Part shown: positions 53,753 through 64,000 of the stretch, one piece after another | Numbering within the stretch: the first letter of the stretch is position 1 | Layout: each line of letters begins with the position of its first letter | NCBI GenBank assembly: GCA_000165425.1 | Contig: CT868664.1 | Coordinates: 124,001 to 188,000, forward strand | Direction of reading: 5' to 3' | Origin: Paramecium tetraurelia | Taxonomy: Eukaryota | DNA: 64,000 bases | The notes under the pieces: generated by a model | What the model saw: the letters and a program-made list of their open reading frames with translations, nothing else | Told to the model about the DNA's origin: nothing | Database searches by the model: none | Position numbers and translations under genes: made by a program

Positions 53753-54209
53753 TCAATATTTGTAATAACTAGTATTATATGGCTGACTATGTTAAATGCA
53801 TTAAATTTACTAATATTTGGATACGTATTATTGTTAAGTTGTTGTTCTACTAAATGGTATAACCTATGGTTCAGGTATTAAAGGAGGGGGAGTAAATGAT
53901 GGTGGGAGCATGTATGCGAGGATGTGATGCTCAGCTGATCTTAATTCTAATAAGAAATCATCTGCATGTAAAAATGAATGGGACACAAAAGCACCAACTT
54001 CATACATTATTATTGAGAAGCAACGTCCTATTATTTTAGATTAATAATATACCATATTTTTCCTCAAGGTTGTGTCTGATATAATCTGTTTTATGAGCAT
54101 AGTGTTCTTGATGTAAGGATTTGGTATAAAAGTCTATAATATCAAATTTCATTTCATTGCTAATTGAATATCCTTGCTTTACACATTCTATTTTCAATTT
54201 TTAGATCAT
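53753..54209 (-). CDS. Hypothetical protein, possibly a divergent dynein light chain (LC8)-like fold plus Pro-rich tail
   Basis: ATG 54209; TDYIRHNLEEKYGRCFSIIMY resembles the LC8 'yIk..fd.kyG..WhcivG' motif; at least one tiny intron; TGA 53753-53755. Confidence 0.55.
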
Positions 54210-54242
54210 AGTGCTGTTAATTATTTAAAAATAAATTAAATT

Positions 54243-54834
54243 ATGTTAAATATATTCTTAAATAAATATCAGTTTGCATTTACTTATCCATGTCCTAGGA
54301 AATTGAGAGAAATTGTTAAAATGTCTTTGTTTGAAAGGGAATCAAAAGATTAAGTTATTTCGTTGTGGATGGAGTACCACAAAGAAAAATAAAATAATGT
54401 TGCTTATGTTGTAAGCAAGGATGAATACGAAATACTCAAGAGAAATACGAAGGAATCTCCATTGTTTTTATTGCCTATTAAAAGAAAAGGAGGACATTTC
54501 TAATTGATTGGATAATCATAAACTAATAGTATAGTAAGGATAATTCATATTCTAGTTATTCACTTTTTTAGAAGAATATAAAAAATCTGGGTCCTTTTCC
54601 TCTCCTTATTTTATATTAACTATCTTTGAGGAGTTGCTAGCATAAAAACAAGTGGCATTGATAAGAGGAGATATCATGGATTATAAAATTGACAAAGATG
54701 AAGCTACATTCTTAACCAATCAATTTCTTAAATTTTATATGACCCCTGAACTTTATGAAAAGTATATCTATACACTTAATCACAAATAACAAGAATTCAA
54801 TTATGATGATTTTAAGAATCATTTTTAAATATGA
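54243..54834 (+). CDS. ATP11: Mitochondrial F1-ATPase assembly factor ATP11/ATPAF1
   Basis: PRKLREIVKMSLFE...LWMEYH...SPLFLLPIKR...LFTFLEEYK...VALIRGD...FLKFY pattern; one 22 nt intron. Confidence 0.88.
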
Positions 54835-54883
54835 TTATTTATCAATATCAATGAATTATTTATAATATTATATATGTATTTTT

Positions 54884-57327
54884 TCACCATTTAAATGTTT
54901 AAAACTCTTCTTTTTATTGTGGAGATCCTTTAACAAAATTATCACCAAATCCAGCCCAATCACTTCCCCCAAACTCTTTATTAGCATCAAAATCAATTTA
55001 AACTTCATCTGCTTGTTTAATTCCTTAATCAAACACAAAATTTTAGTCGAAATGTATTGATGGATTTTATTCTATGGAGTTTCTATTATCAAAATGAGCA
55101 CCAAATCCATCATCAAATTAAATATCAAATACTTGATGTTTTTCATCTTGATTTTCAAATTAAATATTGATTTATTAATCTTCCTATTACTTAATTCCAT
55201 GAAGATCTTCAGTATTTGTATTAGTAAATCCTATATTATTTTCATCCTTATTATCAAATCCCAAAGTATCATCTAATTTAACTTCAACTTATTATTATGG
55301 GGGTAATTAAACTTAAATGTTTTCAGTGAATCCAAAATCTTCAACTTTTTATGATATAAATTACTACTATTCAAATTAATCAATTTATTATTTTTAGTCA
55401 TTCTATTCTGTTTAGACTACCTATTTAATTAAATCTTTTTGTTATTTATCATTATATAAAGAAAATACATCAATTTACTCTGTCTTATTCAAATCAGCTT
55501 GTTTATTTAAATCTTGGTAAAATTCTTACTATTTTTTTGTTGATATATCAATTATATCTATTTTGTTGTCCATTACTTCAACAACCTGTTATTAATCCAA
55601 TGATATTTAATTAGATTTACTCTTTTATGATTATTAAACTTATGAGAATGCTCCATTTATTTCATGCGTCTCTATTGGCTAGTAAGGAGTGGAATCTTTT
55701 TGATATTATTTCACATTTTTAGATAAAGAAGTCAAAGCCTCAAAAATTGAACTCATTTAATCTCTTTATAATTTAAGTTCTTTAACAATTTCTTATTCTT
55801 ATCTTTTTTTTCTTTCTTACTCAATTTCATAATTAGATCTTAAATCTCCAATTATTTAATTAGCGTAATCTGTAACTGCATTAATTGTATTAGTAGTCTA
55901 TTTTGAGTATTCTTGCTTTAATTAAATATTCAATCCTAATTTTTAATTGATTTCTATGGCTTATTTACTTAAAGATTCTGTCAGTTTCTTTTTCTACTGT
56001 TCAACTTATTTAAGTTCTTCTTAAAATAAATAATTTTCATCTGAAATCTTTTTTAATAGGGTCTTATATTATTCATTTGAAGTCTGTAGTGATTCCAATT
56101 AACTTTAACTTGAAATCAGGATCTTTTCATGAGATTCCTTGAATTCATTTAGCAGATCATTGGCTTCCTTGTAATTTTATTCTAACTATTGCTGTTACAT
56201 TAACATTTGTTCTTGAAGCAAAACTTATTTTTAAAAATCTACTGTCTTTATAGATTATTAAGTAATTGGCTATATTTAAACAGCAGTTTATTACTATTAT
56301 TATGGAACATTTTACTATATACTTTATTATGGTTGTGAATCGTTTTCATTCAACATTAAATCAAAAGACTTTTGTTGTTTTAAGATTGGTTATTAAGTTG
56401 ATTTAGCTGGTATTTTGAATGATTGAGATGTCACTAGTTAGGCTTATGGCTATTATTAGACAGGTTACTCAATAACAGGATTTGGAATTTCCATGTAATT
56501 GAAGGCACTATCTAATTAATATTTTAAGAGTAGATACATTTATCAATTGGAGACTTGGATTTATCAAAATTAGCTTCAAAGTCTATTAAATCATTTGATT
56601 TAGGCACAACAGCAGGTTAAGGATTAATAGGTGGATTATTAACGTTAAGATTTTACGATATCACCATTTGTTAATTTAAGTATTCTTATAAGGAGTTTGG
56701 TAATTTTTATGGTATTGGTACACTCTAAGAGGCTAAAGATATTAGATGGGCGATAACAATATAGGAATGGGTTGTTATTCTTGGTTTTGTTTACAGGGTT
56801 GGATCAACTAGATTGATGATATTCTATAATTAGAATTAAGTGATTGGAGTTTTCTTGAATAAATTGATTGCCATTTAAGTTGAGACCTAATAATTGTGTA
56901 TATATTTACTGTGGAATTTGAATGATCCAATTATTATATATAATTCTGATATAACCTTTCTTATTCAGGTCTTAGTTTGTAAATTTCTTCTGTATCAGAT
57001 TAGAATTATGGTAATGGACTTGGAATACATCTTTAAATGGAATCATTCGAAACCTCAATATTATTTTGCGCAAAGCTGATGAGCTTAAGAGCTACATAGA
57101 ATTCTTCCTTATTCAAAGTTTAATTATTTGGTGAACTAATTAACCAAATCTTCTTGAGAATATCTATTGATAATCCTGACCTTTTAAAAAATGTGACTGC
57201 TTAAGCTCCTCCAATTTAGCCTGTATTCTAATAGCATAATTTATTCAGATACTGTAGCATCCACTGCTTAATACAAAGAAGCGTAATAACCTCTTTCTTT
57301 ATTATCCAGTTTAACTCTGACACTCAT
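54884..57327 (-). CDS. EH-domain (Eps15-like) endocytic adaptor with coiled coil and acidic Phe-rich tail
   Basis: N-terminal YYASLYQAVD...IGGAQAVTFFKRSGLSIDILKKIWLIS...LNKEEFYVALKLI; tail with DF/GF repeats; ATG 57327, TGA 54884-54886. Confidence 0.87.
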
Positions 57328-57360
57328 TTATTATTATAATTTAATTTAATTAATTAAGAA

Positions 57361-57432
57361 TCCGCGTTAGTATAGTGGTTAGTATTCAAGCCTGTCACGT
57401 TTGAGGCCCGGGTTCAATTCCCGGACGCGGAG
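57361..57432 (+). tRNA. tRNA-Asp (GUC)
   Basis: Acceptor stem TCCGCGT/ACGCGGA, anticodon loop CTGTCAC (GTC at 57394-57396), T-arm CCGGG-TTCAATT-CCCGG; 72 nt. Confidence 0.97.
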
Positions 57433-57433
57433 C

Positions 57434-57441
57434 TTTTTTTT
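57434..57441 (+). terminator. RNA polymerase III oligo(T) terminator
   Basis: T8 run starting 2 nt after the tRNA discriminator base. Confidence 0.85.
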
Positions 57442-57854
57442 AATTTTATTATTTATATGAAAAAAAATTTATATTCATTCAAAAAGTATAAATTTCGAGA
57501 TTCTATAAATAACTATTTTCTATATCATTATGGATATAAAATTATAAAGTTAATAGTAGATTTTTATTATCTTTTGGCTATGTAAATGATATGAATTTCG
57601 AGCCATTATAGGATTATATTTAACATAATATATGTTTTCTTAACTCTAACTAAATTTTAATATTAAATAAAATTTTGAATACTCTTAAAGATAGGTAAAT
57701 ATTAACATATCAAACGGATTCTAATGTTAATATTACCATATGAAAACACTAGCTTTTAATTAACATTGAAAACTTATTATAACCATATAATTGGATTAAC
57801 AAAATATATAACTATTCATTCATAAATAATAAATATGAAATTATCAATAATATT

Positions 57855-58584
57855 TCATGAGGATTTAGCTGCGTTAATTTTATTTCTCCAAGCTTACACG
57901 TTACACATGTGCCATAATGAATCATTCATTTCAGCTCCTGAGAAGTTCTAATACATCTTATATGTATCCAATGGCAAGATCTCTGGTTCAAAGAAGAAAG
58001 CGAATGAAATCAAGGTAGACATAAGAGCAAAGACTACAACGGGTATAATTTTTCTGTGTTTGAATCGTCCTCTATTAAAAATATAAGGGGAATAATACTT
58101 TTCAACTTAAGATTAATAGATGCAATCAACTGCTCTGCCAAATAGGTACACTCTGACTAAGTATTTAACATTATCCTCTTGAGTCATGAAGCTTAATCCT
58201 CCAGCAATGAATCCAGACAAGAGAGCATTGATTCCATCCTCTTTCTATCTTATCGTTCTTAATGAACATTAAATCCCTTTGAGTAACAATGTTTACAATC
58301 CCATAAACAATCCTAATTGGAAATTAGTTCTTAACATTAATGAATTTATACTTATTTAGTAGAATTTTGAATGCATTTAATAATTTCTTATCTGATTACA
58401 TCACCTTCTTCAAGCTTAATAATAGCATCAATCCATTCAAACACAATTTTGCAATAAATGCCTTAATGAATGCTTCACTTGCACCTTGGAAAGTATTTCT
58501 AATGCAGGAATGCTTATGTTAGCAATGCTCGGTTTTAAAGATCAATATTTTTGATACGAGCTCTAAAACCTTCTTATTATTCAT
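57855..58584 (-). CDS. TMEM135-like (Tim17/PMP24 superfamily) membrane protein
   Basis: CQHKHSC, GLFMG, CSLRTIRQKEDGINALLSGFIAGGLS, FFFEPEILP; two tiny introns; TGA 57855-57857. Confidence 0.75.
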
Positions 58585-58605
58585 TAATTTAATTTATTGG
58601 TTTAT

Positions 58606-59429
58606 ATGGGAAGTAAATATAATAATTAACCTATCCAGATTTTTGTTAGGGAGATAAACAACATGATTTAAATTACCAAGAAAACACAAATGTTTATGAG
58701 GCTACCATCAATTCGTCCACTATTACCATCATACATGGAAACATCCACTTGAATAACCTAAGAGGAATATGTAAATGACTGAATCCTATCATAGTTAATG
58801 CATAAATCGATCCTAATTCTTTTTCATTAATGCAATTGCCAGAAATGCAACGAGAATTCCGTAATCTATAGTAAATACTTAGTAAACCATAAAATACCAA
58901 TTATCTAAAGATTGCCACCAGGAACCTGCAAATTTGAATTCATAATTAATCTCAAGATTAATTATTAAGATATTAGTAAGGAACTCATTGAGGCATATGA
59001 ACAAGGGTACTTTTTTAATATAATCAAATTAGATTTGAACTTATGTTTCAACATGAATTAGAAAATGTTGGATATACAGAAGGCAAGGATAAATTCAAAG
59101 ATAAATCTGAATAATTGCACAATTCAGAATGCATAATTGAAGCAATCTTCAATCGAATTAATTAAAATATAATGATAAAAAATTTTCAAATTTTCAGCAA
59201 TGATATGTAGATCTGCTAATAATACAAAAATGATATAAAAAAGCAATAACACAAATACTTGTCAAAATAGAATTTTCAAAGATGTTCAACATTGGAATAA
59301 CTTAATGCATCATATAGTGAAAAAATTCTTATAGCGAATTCTTGTGATCAATTAGATGCAATCAATAAAAACTAAATAAAGTAATAACTCAAAAGGTGTT
59401 TTCCTTATGCATAATAAGATGTTATATGA
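58606..59429 (+). CDS. Hypothetical protein with MGxxC acylation motif and possible divergent macro domain
   Basis: Four GTA..AG introns (26, 24, 22, 26 nt) give a continuous frame MGNFCQGDK...INSSTITIIHGNIHLNNLRGIFNA...LPPGTCKFEFIINL... to TGA 59427-59429. Confidence 0.65.
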
Positions 59430-59476
59430 ATTTCTATATTTCTTTATTATTTTGATATAAGAGAATAATTAAATAT

Positions 59477-61825
<2,349 letters not shown>

Positions 61826-62256
61826 CTTTATTTTATAATTAAAATATTTTTCATATTTTAAAATCACGCATAGGCATCAGAGAAAGAGTGAAAATCAGAA
61901 ATGGAGATTTAATAAAATAAAAATATCATGTAGTGTTGGGGATACATTGATCCTTAGGATAATGAATTATTCTGTATTATTGGTCATCTTGTGAAAATTG
62001 TGAATTTTTAATAAGAGAAGCATATATTCTTGAATAAATGGAAAGAATTGAACATAGAGAAATCATAACTTTTTAGATTTGAATGTTTTGAGTTAATTCT
62101 TAACTGCAGATAAAAATGCTTGAAGAGTAAATTATTGAACACAAAACGATATAAGATTAATGAATGGACAAGATCTAAAGTTTAGGTTTTTTATGCCATA
62201 GCAAGTACTAATAATTATTTTATAATCTAATAATAATAATATGTATTTTGTATTCT

Positions 62257-62585
62257 TCAACCCATTTTATAAAGTAAAATTGCCATTTATCCTTCATAAA
62301 AGAACATATATCTTTTACTCTCGTAAGATGCGTAAGAGTTAAAATGTTTTCCTTAAATATTGATAAATCATATTTGTACCAACAACACAATGCCAATTAG
62401 GACCATATTTTTCATCAAAGAATTTTTTAATGTAATTTGAGATCTACGATTCTATTTTAAAATGTTCGACTGCATATTTTGCCTATTAATATTAAATAAT
62501 CGTATTAAACTTGGGTTCTTGCATCGTTAATCATATCAGATTATTCAGGCATATCTATAATCTAATCTAAATTCTCGTCAGCCAT
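62257..62585 (-). CDS. Dynein light chain, LC8 family
   Basis: [52 protein letters not shown]; two 28 nt introns. Confidence 0.95.
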
Positions 62586-63202
62586 CTGAAACTGAAATTA
62601 ATATATTATTTTAAATATAATAATAGATCCCTGAGCAAATATAAATACAAAAATTTGTAATTTTGATTAAAAATTATCAATCGATAAACATATGATGCTA
62701 TAATCTTGTTGTTGTTGTTCCTATTTAAAGAAAAAATCAACGAAAATCAATATAAAAATTAATTCCGATATTGTCCTCTACTCTTGATTCATGGTTATTA
62801 AAAGATAGTCATTTTTAAATATTTAGACAATTCAAATTGCAAAATTCATTAAGATGTTTCATTTATTATTAAACTAAAAGATGTCAAGCTAGTCAAATTA
62901 TTCATTAATAATTTATTTTAGTTGTAAATCAAAAACGTGTTTATACATACTGAATTGTTTTTCAATAGGCCATTTTGAATCATCAATTAGGTTTTTTTAT
63001 TTCTTTAAGTGAAATGATGTTTTACATAAAATTCAAACTTGTTTCTTAATTAACTATTCCTTCAAATAATTCTTTGAGAAATGTTTTTTCCATGACATTA
63101 TAATACAAAGACATTTCTAAACTTTCTATGACTGTTTTGATAACAAATTCTAGATATATATATTTTATTATATTTTTATTTTATTTTTATATCTTGATTC
63201 TT

Positions 63203-63625
63203 TCAATCATCATCTCCTCCTTCATCTCCTCCTTCTTCTAAGTCACCATATGTCTTCTATTCAAATTTAGGATCATGATAATCTTGCCAATCGAATCTTG
63301 GTTTAGTGTATAAACAACTAAAAAGCCAACATCCTGTTAAAAATAAACCACATCTTGTAAACATAGCTACATTAATTTGATATTTCTTACTTCTAGTCCA
63401 ATAATCATTAAAGTCTCTGTGAGATTTACTCAACACATATCCCCATTTATTTGGATTTTATTCTACAATACCTTCCCTGAGCATCCAAGAAGCTGTTTCA
63501 TAGCTTATTGCTATATTTTTCACTTTATATTAGAATTCTCCTGGCTTCTCAAATAATCCCTCTTTGAATGCTGCAGGCATTGAAGATCGTTGCCCTGCTT
63601 TCTAAAATATTTTCCACAAAGCCAT
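63203..63625 (-). CDS. Small single-TM protein with acidic C-terminus, possibly mitochondrial
   Basis: MALWKIFQKAGQRSSMP...WTR...CGLFLTGCWLFSCLYTKPRFDWQDY...GGDEGGDDD then TGA; probable 24 nt intron. Confidence 0.7.
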
Positions 63626-63669
63626 TATTTATTTAAAATAATAATAATATTGAATATTATTCTTTAAGT

Positions 63670-64000
63670 TCAAAGTTCATTATAGATATTTACTGCCATC
63701 ATTCCTATTCCTTCAGAATTGCTTCCACTAATTTCATATAATACGCTTTTCACTTCCTTCATATCCTCATGGTTGATTTCATCAAAGTATTCACACTCCT
63801 TTATTTGTTTATATAAATTTATTCCCAAAACATTTAATAGTTCTGTTTCTTTCATTTCATTCATGAATTCAATAATCTTATTCATAATCTTATTATTTAA
63901 TTTATTTATTTGTGGACCTACCATCATCATAAATCTATTATTTAATCATTAAAATACTGTATCTTTTATAAATCATCACAATTCTCAAACAATATTTCAT
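63670..64000 (-). CDS. 3' end of an unknown protein (truncated by window edge)
   Basis: Frame EILFENCDDLQKIQ-(23 nt intron)-FMMMVGPQ...NIYNEL ending at TGA 63670-63672. Confidence 0.6.

Noticed and set aside
58694..58900. Minus-strand ORF containing CISGNCIN (MORN-like start)
   Set aside because: It lies antisense to a better-supported four-intron plus-strand gene.
61901..62440. Long TGA-free plus-strand frame overlapping the LC8 gene
   Set aside because: Long frames arise easily with one stop codon; it has no motif and runs antisense into a real gene.

Overview
AT-rich eukaryotic DNA from a ciliate, almost certainly a Paramecium macronuclear chromosome. Genes only read through if TAA/TAG encode Gln and TGA is the sole stop (translation table 6), and they carry tiny 22-28 nt GT..AG introns. 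The supplied ORF track, which stops at TAA/TAG, therefore shows fragments and antisense artefacts. The left half (3.8-33 kb) holds three giant (about 2,500-2,700 aa) paralogous surface receptors with a polycystin-1-like layout: signal peptide, beta-rich domains, long furin-like Cys-rich array, REJ-like region, degenerate GAIN/GPS and about 5 TM helices, with no PLAT or channel domain. Two of them are head-to-head around a 5 kb spacer holding a frameshifted relic of a fourth copy, other decayed sequence and an intact Myb gene. The right half is gene-dense: a catalytically degenerate restriction-endonuclease-fold protein divergent from a MUT-7/EXD3-like exonuclease, two cNMP-binding proteins, myotubularin, two kinases, an SR protein, a frameshifted SAS10 copy, TRF4-like polymerase, LITAF, ATP11, an EH-domain protein, tRNA-Asp, TMEM135-like, a myristoylated macro-like protein and dynein light chains. 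All product calls come from manual translation and motif recognition; no searches were run.
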